64,000 bases of DNA from Alphaproteobacteria bacterium (lineage in GTDB: Bacteria; Pseudomonadota; Alphaproteobacteria; Bin95), in contig OZ219786.1 in the NCBI GenBank assembly GCA_964291285.2, positions 1,369,675 to 1,433,674 on the forward strand, written 5' to 3'. This document shows, piece after piece, positions 50,260-59,547 of the stretch. The position numbers and the translations under genes were made by a program. Under the pieces are notes generated by a model that worked only from the letters and a program-made list of their open reading frames with translations, did not search any database and was not told the DNA's origin. Position 1 is the first letter of the stretch. Each line of letters opens with the position of its first letter.

Positions 50260-50519
50260 CCGGGCCTGCCGGTTTCGAGCGGGGACGGAGCAGGGTGCGC
50301 CGGGGCCTGGAGTTCCGCGCGGTAGCCGTCGTCGCCTGTGACGATGACATTCTGCCTCTCCAGTCGTGCATCGAGAGCGTCGCCGGCCCGGCCGATCTGG
50401 AGGACGCCTACGGCATGGAACGGCACCTGCTCTATGTCGCCTGCACCCGCGCCCACCTCCTGATGACAGGCGTCAGCCCGGCGTCCGAGTTCCTCGACGA
50501 TCTGCGGTGCAACACATGA
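50260..50519 (+). pseudogene. UvrD-like helicase C-terminal fragment
   Basis: GLEFRAVAVV...ERHLLYVACTRA (motifs V and VI). Confidence 0.7.
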
Positions 50520-50703
50520 CGCCGCCTCTCGGAGCGGCAGCAGAGGCCGAGGCGGTGCGCGGTCCTCACGGCTCGCTTGCCGCGACGATCCGGCTGTCGT
50601 GCTGATATAGTGTTGATACGTTTCTGGAAATATCCTGTGTTTTCACTGTAATGGATTGTAATTGCTGTATTAATTCAGCCCATCATCCGTCATGCCATTC
50701 AAA

Positions 50704-50813
50704 TCAAACGCTTCAAACGCATCGCCCTGCGCTGCGAAAAGACCGCCACAAACTTCAGCTCCTTCGTCGCACTCGCCGCTGCCTTCATCTTGATCAAATC
50801 CGTCCACAGGACC
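50704..50813 (+). mobile_element. IS5 copy 2, right part
   Basis: Matches 7522-7631; ends GTCCACAGGACC then TAG. Confidence 0.92.
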
Positions 50814-51407
50814 TAGGTTCCTGACATTCTCAAGCAGGAAGGCGGGGGGACGGTGGTAGTCGAGAATCCTCGCCAGATCGTAGAACAATGTTCCCTGGGT
50901 GTCGCACAGGAAGCCGTGCGGCTGGCCGAGAGCGTTCTTCTTCGATACGCCTGCAATCGAGAAGGGCTGGCACGGGAACCCGGCCAGCAGGACGTCATGG
51001 GCCGGTATGGTTTCCGGCTTCGCTGCCGGCGGCCGTATGTCGCCGATGAATTCGTGATCGCTGTCAGCCGACTCCGGGAAATTGGCGGTATAGGTTTCCC
51101 GGCAGAAGCGGTCCCATTCGGATGTGAACACACAGCGCCCACCGATCTCTTCGAACGGCCGGCGCAGGCCGCCAATGCCGGCGAACAGGTCGATGAAACG
51201 GAAGCCGTCCGGTCTGTCGCCAGGAGAGCGGGCGTTGGCGATCTCGCGAAGCCTGTCGACCTTTAGCGGGTCGATCCGCCGGGCCTCGCCGTTGATATAG
51301 CGCCGCACGGTCCTGGGACTGACGCCCAGCAGGCCGGCCGTCTCACCGATGCCCAGCCCCGCCCGGGTCACCAGTCCGGAGAATTCGGCAACGCTACCCG
51401 TATCCAC
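50814..51407 (-). pseudogene. dcm: C5 DNA cytosine methyltransferase (Dcm/EcoRII-like) with N-terminal HTH, truncated by IS5
   Basis: FIDLFAGIGG, LLAGFPCQPFS, LLENVRNL; C-terminal half absent from the window. Confidence 0.88.
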
Positions 51408-51430
51408 AGCACCGTCCCTGTGTTAATTTT

Positions 51431-51443
51431 TGACAGTATGTCA
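51431..51443. promoter_or_regulatory. Palindromic operator candidate upstream of the methyltransferase
   Basis: TGACA-GTA-TGTCA about 24 bp before the GTG start. Confidence 0.45.
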
Positions 51444-51633
51444 CTGATCGACACAGCATGCAAGAGACCTTCATGATTTGTGCTCTGCAGGGGAAATTAT
51501 ATCCAAGACGAGACTGCGATTCAAGCTACTAAAATGGTGGACAGATTTAGGTGGCTGCAACGCTGCTTTTGTCTCAGAGAGCAGGAGTAGGAATGGATCA
51601 GGCCGGTGAATGCCAAACGTACCACGAACACTG

Positions 51634-51774
51634 TTACCCATCTATCCGGTCTGTACCACCGTGGTCCAGATTTGAGGTGACAAGATATCGCGCGTGACGT
51701 TTACCATCGGATGCCGCAGCGGCCGGCGCCGGACGCATGAGTTCGGAGGCCACATTCGTGTCGAGCACGAACAT
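51634..51774 (-). pseudogene. FitB/VapC PIN toxin N-terminal remnant
   Basis: MFVLDTNVASELMRPAP then unrelated low-GC sequence. Confidence 0.75.
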
Positions 51775-51786
51775 CCGGTGTGCGGC

Positions 51787-52032
51787 CTACGAGAAGTCCG
51801 GAGGCTCGCGCATGGGGCCGCGCGGCGGCAATTCGAGCTTGACCCCGCCAAGGGGCGCGAAGCAGTCGCGGGTGAACGCCGCCAGGTTCCGGGGGCCGGC
51901 CTCCCCTCGGTGCACGGCGTCGCGCAGGATGGTCCGCGCCTCCTCTTCCATGGAGCGGCCGCGCCCGGCGGCGCGCAGGCGAAGGCGCGTCTTCACATCG
52001 TCATCGAGGTTGCGGATCGTGATGCTCGCCAT
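51787..52032 (-). CDS. FitA-like RHH antitoxin
   Basis: MASITIRNLDDDVKTRLRLRAAGRGRSMEEEARTIL. Confidence 0.88.
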   Translation of the reverse strand: MASITIRNLDDDVKTRLRLRAAGRGRSMEEEARTILRDAVHRGEAGPRNLAAFTRDCFAPLGGVKLELPPRGPMREPPDFS

Positions 52033-52113
52033 GCCCGTCCCGGACCGCCTTCACGGAAGCGCCAGACTGCCGCACAATTGCGGTGCGGACAAGATTGTCC
52101 CGGCCGCCCGCCG

Positions 52114-52533
52114 TCAAGCGCGGCCGCCGGCCTTCGGGGCGCGCTTGCGGCGCCGTACGGGGCGGCGGCCGCACTGGACGCCGTGGCGTGCCAGGAAGCG
52201 TTGCAGCGAGCCCACGCCCAGGACCACGCCCCGGGCGGCAAGCGCCTGCTGCAGCGCGCGGATGGAGATGTTCGGGCGCCTCTCCAGGACGGCGAAAATC
52301 CGCTCCCGCTCCGGCTCCGTCCGCGACGGGCGGCCGGGCCTCGGGGCCTCGCACAGGTGGCCGTGCTGCCGGTAGCGCCGGACCCACCGCGCGACGCTGC
52401 TTTCGCTTACCTCGTAATGCAGGGCCGCGGCATGGCCGGTCATCCCCTTCTCCAGCACCGCGGCGACCACCCGGCGCCTGAGCTCCTCGCCGGCAGGCTT
52501 GCCGCGCCTGTGTCCCGTCAACTCTTTCACCAT
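52114..52533 (-). CDS. IS630-type HTH protein (transposase orfA-like, no catalytic ORF)
   Basis: ELRRRVVAAV...AAALHYEVSESSVARWVRRY...PGRPS. Confidence 0.6.
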   Translation of the reverse strand: MVKELTGHRRGKPAGEELRRRVVAAVLEKGMTGHAAALHYEVSESSVARWVRRYRQHGHLCEAPRPGRPSRTEPERERIFAVLERRPNISIRALQQALAARGVVLGVGSLQRFLARHGVQCGRRPVRRRKRAPKAGGRA

Positions 52534-52833
52534 ACGCTCTCCCCGGCCGCGCCCGGCCCTTGTGCCTTCTCCAATGGAACGCCCTCATGTCTTCTCTAAT
52601 GGAACGTTGCGTGTCCGCGCGCGCAGCTCCCCCGTCTGCGGCCTCATCCCCTTTCAGCCGCCGAAATCCCGTCTGATGGCCGCAATGCGGCTCGGTTCAC
52701 CAGGTCATCGTTCCTGCTTCATACCTGTATGGGCGGCTATTTAGGGCTTATTTTCCCGAATTGCAACCCCTGGGGAGGAAGTTATCCACAGGGCGCGGCG
52801 TCCCCCGCCCCTCTTCCCGCCGCGCGCCCCTAT

Positions 52834-53038
52834 CGTCACCCCGGACCCCGATCCGGGGTCCATCCCCGACACGCCCGGCAGGCATGGGCGGTCCGGCCCT
52901 GCTCCGACCGGCTGCGGCGGACGCAAACGGTCAGGGATGGATCCCCGCCTTCGCGGGGGTGACGGTGGTGGGGCGGCCCGCCGCAAATTCCCCTCTCCCC
53001 GCTTGCGGGGAGAGGATGGGAGAGGATGGGAGAGGGGG
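52834..53038. repeat. REP-like palindromic repeats
   Basis: Inverted pair GTCACCCCGGACCCCGATCCGGGGTCCATCCC / GGGATGGATCCCCGCCTTCGCGGGGGTGAC, plus hairpin CCTCTCCCCGCTTGCGGGGAGAGG. Confidence 0.65.
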
Positions 53039-53070
53039 CTTCCGCGCCAGCGGAAGCAGCGGCAGGCCCC

Positions 53071-53526
53071 CTACCCCGTTCCCGTCGAGCCGAAGCCGCC
53101 CTCTCCCCGCTCCGTCTCGTCCAGTTCCGCGCATTCGCGCCAGGCGACGCGGGGGGCGGGCTTGAGGACGAGCTGGGCGATCTTCATGCCGCGCTCGATG
53201 CGGACGGGCTCGGCGCCGGCGTTCATCACGATGACCTGCAGCTCGCCGCGATAGTCGGAATCGATGGTGCCGGGGCTGTTCGGCAGGGTCAGCCCGTGGC
53301 GGAGCGCGAGGCCGGAGCGGGGCCTTACCTGCGCCTCCCAGCCCTCCGGCACGGCGAGGCGCAGCCCCGTCGGCACCAGCGCGCGGGCGCCGGGGGCAAG
53401 CTCCAGCGGCTCGTCCGCCGCAACGGCCGCCGCGATGTCGAGGCCGGCGCTGCCGGCCGTCGCGTATTCCGGCAGGCCCGGCGCGTGGGGCAGGCGCTGG
53501 ATGCGGACCTCGATCCTCTCCGTCAT
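53071..53526 (-). CDS. dut: dUTP diphosphatase
   Basis: AGLD, RPRSGLA, NSPGTIDSDYRGE, RGEGGFGSTG. Confidence 0.97.
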   Translation of the reverse strand: MTERIEVRIQRLPHAPGLPEYATAGSAGLDIAAAVAADEPLELAPGARALVPTGLRLAVPEGWEAQVRPRSGLALRHGLTLPNSPGTIDSDYRGELQVIVMNAGAEPVRIERGMKIAQLVLKPAPRVAWRECAELDETERGEGGFGSTGTG

Positions 53527-54737
53527 GCGCCGGCGGCGAAGCGGTCCGCAATGCGCAGCGCGAGGCGTTCGGCCACCTCCGCCTTGGCGACCGGCGGCCA
53601 GTCCTCCACGCGGTCCTCCTCGTCGATGAGGTGGATCGTGTTGCGCTCGCCGCCGAAGGTGCCGGTGCCGGGCGACACGTCGTTGGCGAGGATCCAGTCG
53701 CAGCCCTTGCGCCGGCGCTTCTCGCGGGCGTGTGCCACCACATTCTCCGTCTCGGCCGCGAAGCCCACCACCAGCGGCGGGCGGCGGTTCTCCAGGCTGG
53801 CGAGCCGGTGGAGGATGTCGGGGTTCTCGGCGAGTTCGAGCGCGGGCAGGCCGCCGTTTTCCTTCTTGAGCTTTTCGCCCGCCGCCTCGCGCACCCGCCA
53901 GTCCGCGACCGCCGCCGCGCAGACCGCGATGTCCGCCGGCAGCGCGGCCATGCAGGCGTCCAGCATCTCGCGCGCCGTCTCGATGCACTCGATCCGCACA
54001 TGCGCCGGGTCGGGCTCATGCGTCGGGCCGGTGACCAGCACTACCTCCGCGCCGTGGCGGGCGAGCGCGCCTGCAATGGCGTGTCCCTGCTTGCCGGAGG
54101 AGCGGTTGGCGATGTAGCGCACCGGGTCTATCGGCTCCCAGGTGGGGCCGCTGGTGACGACCGCGCGCCGGCCCGCGAGCGCCCCAGATGCCCGGCCGGC
54201 GAGCGCGTTCTCTATGGCGATGACGATCTCTTCCGGCTCCGCCATGCGCCCGGCGCCGGTCTCGCCGCAGGCAAGGTCGCCCGCCCCCGGCCCGACGCGC
54301 AGCACGCCGCGGCGCTCCAGCAGCGCCATGTTGGCCTGCGTCGCGGCGTGGCCCCACATCTCGACATTCATGGCGGGCGCGACCAGCACCGGCTTGTCGG
54401 TGGCGATGAGCGCGGTGGAGGCGAGGTCGTCGGCGAGGCCCGCGGCCATCTTCGCCATCAGGTCGGCCGTGGCCGGCGCGACCACCACGAGGTCGGCTTC
54501 GCGGGAGAGGCGGATATGGCCCATCTCGCTCTCGTCGGTCAGCGAGAACAGCTCCTGATAGACCCTGTCCTCGGTGAGCGCGGCGAGCGAGAGGGGGGTG
54601 ACGAACTCCGCCCCGCCGGCCGTCAGCACCGCGCGCACCGCCGCGCCGCGCTCGCGCAGGCGGCGCACGAGGATCAGGCTCTTGTAGGCGGCGACGCCGC
54701 CCGCGACGATCAGCAGAATGCGTTTGCCGTCCAGCAT
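53523..54737 (-). CDS. coaBC: Phosphopantothenoylcysteine decarboxylase/ligase
   Basis: GGVAAYK, PAMNVEM, LACGE.G.GRM, DPVRYIANRSSGKQG, VGFAAET. Confidence 0.97.
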   Translation of the reverse strand: MLDGKRILLIVAGGVAAYKSLILVRRLRERGAAVRAVLTAGGAEFVTPLSLAALTEDRVYQELFSLTDESEMGHIRLSREADLVVVAPATADLMAKMAAGLADDLASTALIATDKPVLVAPAMNVEMWGHAATQANMALLERRGVLRVGPGAGDLACGETGAGRMAEPEEIVIAIENALAGRASGALAGRRAVVTSGPTWEPIDPVRYIANRSSGKQGHAIAGALARHGAEVVLVTGPTHEPDPAHVRIECIETAREMLDACMAALPADIAVCAAAVADWRVREAAGEKLKKENGGLPALELAENPDILHRLASLENRRPPLVVGFAAETENVVAHAREKRRRKGCDWILANDVSPGTGTFGGERNTIHLIDEEDRVEDWPPVAKAEVAERLALRIADRFAAGA

Positions 54738-54785
54738 GGAACCCGCTTTTAGTCCTGTTCGGCGCGGGGGGGAAGCGTTGCCGCT

Positions 54786-56294
54786 TCAGTCGAACAGGAT
54801 CGCCGCCAGCAGGATCAGCAGCGCGAGGCCGCCGAGAAGGCCCTGGATCTGGACCGGGATGCCGCGCCTCTGCGTCGACTCGCTCTCCGCGATGCGCTCC
54901 AGCGCCAGGTCGATCCGGTCCATGGTGACGAAGAAGCGGTCGACGCGCCCGCGCAGCTCGGACGCCGCATGCCGGGCGCGGTTGACCGGGTGGAGCCGGT
55001 CCAGCATCCATTCCTCGATCAGCGGCCGCGCCATCTCCCAGATGTTGACATTCGGGTTGAGCCGCCGGCCCATGCCCTCCGCCATCAGCATGGTCTTCTG
55101 CAACAGCAGCAATTGCGGCTGGGTCTCCATGCGGAACTGCGCCGTTACGTGGAACAGCTGACGAAGCAGGCGGGCGACGGAAATCTCGTTCAGCGGCCGT
55201 TCGAGGATCGGCTCGCCGATGGAGCGCGCCGCCTGGGCGAAGAGCGCCTGCGACTGGTCGGCGGGGACGTAGCCGGCGCGGAAATGCACGGCCGCCACCC
55301 GCTCATAGTCGCGTGAGAGGAAACCCAGCAGCATTTCCGCCAGATATTCGCGCGTCGGGCGGTCGAGCCGGCCCATGATGCCGAAATCGACCGGCACGAT
55401 GGCCCCGTCGGGGGCCACGAAGATATTGCCGGCATGCATGTCGGCGTGGAAGAAGCCGTCGCGGAAGACCTGCTTGAAGAACACTTCCGCCGCGGTCGCC
55501 ATGATGGCGTCCGGGTCGTGCCCGGCGGCCTGGAGCGCGTCCACCTCGTCCACGGGCAGGCCCTCCACCCGCTCCAGGGTCAGCACGCGGCGCGCGGTGC
55601 GCCGCCAGTCCACCGACGGCACCCTGAAATGCGCCTCGTCGCCGAAATTCCCCGCAAGCTCGGTCGCCGCGGCCGCCTCCAGCCGGAGGTCCATCTCGAT
55701 GCGGACGCTCTCGGCGAAGGTCTGCACGACATCGACGGGGTGCAGCCGCCGCGAGAACGGCGCGAGCCGCTCCAGCCAGCGCGCCACCCAGAGGAACAGG
55801 CGCAGGTCGTTGGCGACGGCCTGCTCAATCCCCGGGCGCAATATCTTGACGGCCACCGGCGCGCCCTCGGGCGTCCTCGCGAGGTGGACCTGCGCGATCG
55901 AGGCGGCGGCGACGGCCTCGGTGTCGAAATCCGAGAACAGCTCGGCGAGCGGCGTCTCGAACTGCTCCTCGATGCTCCTGCGCATGGTCTCGAACGGCAG
56001 CGCCGGGAGGTGGTCCTGGAGGTCGGCGAGGTCGTCCGCCACGTCCTCGCCCAGCAGGTCGGCGCGGGTCGAAAGCGCCTGGCCGAACTTGACGAAGGTC
56101 GGCCCGAGGGCCTGCAGGGCGGCGGCGAGCCGCTCGCCCCGGCGCCGTTCCGGGCGCCTCCGGCTGACGAGGCGGGCCAGCATGGCGGCCGTCTCCAGCC
56201 CCTGGGCGAGCTCCAGCGGCCAGAGCGCGTCGTGGCGGGCCAGGGTCCAGCCGATCCGTCCGAGGCGCAGGACGTGGCGCGCGAAATCCAGCAC
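54786..56294 (-). CDS. ubiB: Ubiquinone biosynthesis ABC1 kinase-like protein
   Basis: LGPTFVKFGQ, AASIAQVH, VAVK, FFHADMHAGN, DFGIMG. Confidence 0.95.
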   Translation of the reverse strand: MLDFARHVLRLGRIGWTLARHDALWPLELAQGLETAAMLARLVSRRRPERRRGERLAAALQALGPTFVKFGQALSTRADLLGEDVADDLADLQDHLPALPFETMRRSIEEQFETPLAELFSDFDTEAVAAASIAQVHLARTPEGAPVAVKILRPGIEQAVANDLRLFLWVARWLERLAPFSRRLHPVDVVQTFAESVRIEMDLRLEAAAATELAGNFGDEAHFRVPSVDWRRTARRVLTLERVEGLPVDEVDALQAAGHDPDAIMATAAEVFFKQVFRDGFFHADMHAGNIFVAPDGAIVPVDFGIMGRLDRPTREYLAEMLLGFLSRDYERVAAVHFRAGYVPADQSQALFAQAARSIGEPILERPLNEISVARLLRQLFHVTAQFRMETQPQLLLLQKTMLMAEGMGRRLNPNVNIWEMARPLIEEWMLDRLHPVNRARHAASELRGRVDRFFVTMDRIDLALERIAESESTQRRGIPVQIQGLLGGLALLILLAAILFD

Positions 56295-56295
56295 G

Positions 56296-57039
56296 TCAGA
56301 GGCGCCAGCCGCGATGCAGCGCGACGACGCCGCCCGAGAGGATGCTCCAGCGCACCCGGCCGAAGCCGGCGGCGCGCATGGACGCTGCGAGCGCCTCCCG
56401 GTCGGGGAACCGGGCGATGCTCTCGGCCAGGTAGCGGTAGGCGTCCGCGTCGCCGGCCACCAGCGCGCCGAGGCGCGGCAGCACGCCGAAGGCGTAGCGC
56501 TCATAGAGGGCCCTCAGCGCCGGCGCCGCCACCTGGGAGAACTCCATGCAGAAGAACCGCCCGCCCGGCTTCAGCACCCGGCGCATCTCCGAGAGCGCCT
56601 TTTCGCGGCCGGTGACATTGCGCAGGCCGAAGGCGATGGTCACCGCGTCCTGGCTCATGTCCGGGAAGGGCAGCGCCTCGGCGTCGGCGACGGCCCAGCC
56701 GACCTCCATGCAGCCCCGGTCGAACGCCCGGTCGCGCCCGGCGGACGCCATGTCCTCGTTGATATCGACGACGACGGCGCGCGCCCCTTCGGCCGCGGCG
56801 GCAACGGCGATGTCCCCCGTGCCGCCCGCGACATCGAGCAGCGCCATGCCGGGCCGCGGCCGTAGCGCGCGGACCAGCGCCGCCTTCCACAGCCTGTGGA
56901 CGCCGAAACTCATCAGGTCGTTCATCAGGTCGTAGCGGGGCGCCACGCTGTCGAACACGCCGCGCACGAGCCGGGCCTTGTCCCCCCTCGGCACATCCCG
57001 AAAGCCGAAATCGACCGAATCTCTGTTCGCCCCGCTCAT
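56296..57039 (-). CDS. ubiE: Ubiquinone/menaquinone C-methyltransferase
   Basis: YDLMNDLMSFGVHRLWK, LDVAGGTGD, AYRYLAESI. Confidence 0.96.
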   Translation of the reverse strand: MSGANRDSVDFGFRDVPRGDKARLVRGVFDSVAPRYDLMNDLMSFGVHRLWKAALVRALRPRPGMALLDVAGGTGDIAVAAAAEGARAVVVDINEDMASAGRDRAFDRGCMEVGWAVADAEALPFPDMSQDAVTIAFGLRNVTGREKALSEMRRVLKPGGRFFCMEFSQVAAPALRALYERYAFGVLPRLGALVAGDADAYRYLAESIARFPDREALAASMRAAGFGRVRWSILSGGVVALHRGWRL

Positions 57040-57116
57040 CGGCCGAACCATAATCCACCCCCGCCGCCGCCGATAGGCTGTGCGCCGCCCCCCGAAACGC
57101 ACTAGCCTTGCCGCCC

Positions 57117-57947
57117 ATGCCCGAATTGCCGGAAGTCGAGACCGTGATGCGGGGGCTGGCGAAGGCGCTTGCCGGCCGGCGGCTCGCGCGCGTCGAGCAG
57201 CGCCGGGCGGACCTGCGCTTCCCCCTGCCGGAGCGGTTCGCGGCCCGGTTGCAGGGGCGGCGCATCGAGGGCTTCGACCGGCGGGCGAAATACATCCTCG
57301 CGGCGCTGGACGACGGCGCGACATGGCTCTCCCATCTCGGCATGTCCGGGAGGATGATGCTGGGCGAGGGCCCGGCGCCCGAGCCCGACCGCCACGACCA
57401 CCTGATCGTCGAGACCGACGACGGGCAGCACCTGATCTACCGCGACGCGCGGCGCTTCGGCTACATGGACCTGATCGCGCCCGGCGCGCTGGCGGACCAT
57501 CCCCGGCTCGCCGGCCTCGGCATCGAGCCGCTCGGGCCGGAGCTCACCGGCCGCCGGCTGCGGGCGCTGTTCGCCGGCCGGCGCGCGCCGCTCAAGGCCG
57601 CCCTGCTCGACCAGCGGCGCATCGCCGGGCTCGGCAACATCTATGTCTGCGAGGCGCTGAACCGGGCGCGGCTCCACCCCGACCGGCCTTCCGGCGACCT
57701 TTCGGCGGCCGAAGCGCGCGCGCTCGCCAGGGCCGTCCGGGGGACGCTGGAGCAGGCCGTGGCGGCCGGCGGCTCCTCGCTGCGCGACTATGTGCAGGCC
57801 TCGGGCGAACTCGGCTATTTCCAGCACAGCTGGCGGGTTTACGGGCGCGAGGGCAGCCCCTGTCCCTGCGGGCGCAAGGGCGCCACCGTCCGGCGCAGCG
57901 TCCGGTCGGGCCGGTCCACCTTCTTCTGCCCGGTCTGCCAGAAATAG
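57117..57947 (+). CDS. mutM: Formamidopyrimidine-DNA glycosylase
   Basis: MPELPEVE, HLGMSG, GLGNIY, C-terminal zinc finger. Confidence 0.97.
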   Translation: MPELPEVETVMRGLAKALAGRRLARVEQRRADLRFPLPERFAARLQGRRIEGFDRRAKYILAALDDGATWLSHLGMSGRMMLGEGPAPEPDRHDHLIVETDDGQHLIYRDARRFGYMDLIAPGALADHPRLAGLGIEPLGPELTGRRLRALFAGRRAPLKAALLDQRRIAGLGNIYVCEALNRARLHPDRPSGDLSAAEARALARAVRGTLEQAVAAGGSSLRDYVQASGELGYFQHSWRVYGREGSPCPCGRKGATVRRSVRSGRSTFFCPVCQK

Positions 57948-57966
57948 CCCGGTGGGCCCCGAGACC

Positions 57967-59547
57967 GTGACCGGCCTTCCCGCGCACGCCTCGGTCGTCG
58001 TCATCGGCGGCGGCGTCATGGGCTGCTCCACCCTCTACCATCTCGCGGTGATGGGCGTCGGCGACGCGATCCTGCTGGAGCGGGACAAGCTCGCCTCCGG
58101 CACGACATGGCATTCGGCGGCGCAGGTCCGCGCGCTCCGCCATTCGCGCAACCTGACGCGCATGATCCGCTATTCCATCGACCTCTATTCCCGGCTCGAG
58201 CGCGAAACCGGCCAGAGCACCGGCTGGATCGGCAAGGGCTCGCTGTCGATCGCCACGACGCCGGACCGGCTGACCCACATCCGCCGACAGGAGGCGCTCG
58301 CCCATGCCTTCGGCGTCGAGGCGGAGTCGATAAGCCCCGGCGAGGCGAAGGAGCGCTGGCCGCTGATGAACGCGGATGACGTGCTGGGCGCGGTCTGGTC
58401 GCCGGGGGACGGGCGGGTCGGCCCCACCGATGTCTCGGCGGCGCTGGCCAGAGGGGCGCGGGCGCGCGGGGCCCGGCTGTTCGAGGATGTGCGCGTGACG
58501 GGCATCCTCACCGGAAACGGGCGGGTGCGCGGCGTCGAGACGAGCGCGGGCGCGGTGATGTGCGACGCCGTTGCGGTCTGCGCGGGGCTCTGGTCGCGCG
58601 AGGTCGCCGCGATGGCCGGCGCGCGGGCGCCGCTGCTCGCCTGCGAGCATTTCTACCTGCTGACGGGGCCGGTGGAGGGCATCGACGGCAATGTGCCCAC
58701 CCTCTCCGACCATGACGGCCGCCTCTATATCCGCGACGACAGCGGCGGGCTGCTGATCGGCTGCTTCGAGCCGATGGGCAAACCGATACCGCCCGGCGCG
58801 CTCGGCGAGGATTTCGCCTTCGGCCTCCTGCCGGAGGACTGGGACCATTTCGAGCCGATGATGGTGAATGCGCTGCACCGCCTGCCGGTGCTGGAGACCG
58901 CCGAGGCCCGGATGCTGCTGAACGGGCCGGAGAGCTTCACGCCGGACGGCATGTTCATGCTGGGCGAGACGGCGGAGACGCGGGGTCTCTTCCTCGGCTG
59001 CGGCATGAACTCGGTCGGCGTCGCCTCCGCCGGCGGCGCGGGCATGAACCTCGCCCACTGCATCGTCCACGGCCATACCGCCTACGACCTCTCGGAAGCC
59101 GACGCCATGCGCTTTGCGCCGGTCTTCGACAGGGTCGAGCACCTGATGGCCCGCGCCCCGGAAATCCTCGGCACCCATTACGAGATCGCGTATCCGGGAC
59201 GGCAACCCGCCACCGCTCGGGACCTGCGCCACCTGCCGCTCGACGCCGAGCACCACGCCGCCGGGGCCCATTTGGGACAGTTCTACGGCTGGGAGCGGCC
59301 GCTCTGGTTCGGCAAGACCGCTGAGCCCGCGCTCAGCTTCGACCGGCCGGACTGGTTCGAGGCCGTGCGCGGGGAGGTCATGGCCGCCCACGAGCGAGCC
59401 GCCGTCTTCGACCTCAGCCCCTTCGGCAAGATCGAGGTGGAGGGACCGGGAGCGGAGGCCTTCCTGCAGCATGTCTGCGCCTCGGACATGGCGCGGGAGC
59501 CCGGTGCGGCGATCTACACGGCAGTCCTTAACGCGCGCGGGACCTAT
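57967..59547 (+). pseudogene. GcvT-family FAD oxidoreductase (dimethylglycine/sarcosine dehydrogenase-like), truncated by IS1634
   Basis: IGGGVMG, SGTTWHSA, NGPESFTPD, GWERP, FDLSPFGK; stops at LNARGTY where the IS begins. Confidence 0.88.

Larger units (their letters stand above)
11379..50703. mobile_element. Integrative mobilizable element (tyrosine integrase, MOBF relaxase, oriT), 39.3 kb including nested insertions
   Basis: Flanked by direct repeat TCAAACG (11372-11378 and 50704-50710) inside the IS5 transposase; integrase at the left end, relaxase, RHH, ssb; no T4SS genes. Confidence 0.88.

Noticed and set aside
10527-51687. 9-bp direct repeat GACAAGATA at both outer low-GC boundaries
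   Set aside because: Short enough to arise by chance, no associated recombinase, and it does not restore the truncated PIN gene.
52782-52790. Perfect DnaA box TTATCCACA
   Set aside because: Single box, no cluster, no AT-rich unwinding element and no dnaA or hemE nearby; insufficient for oriC.
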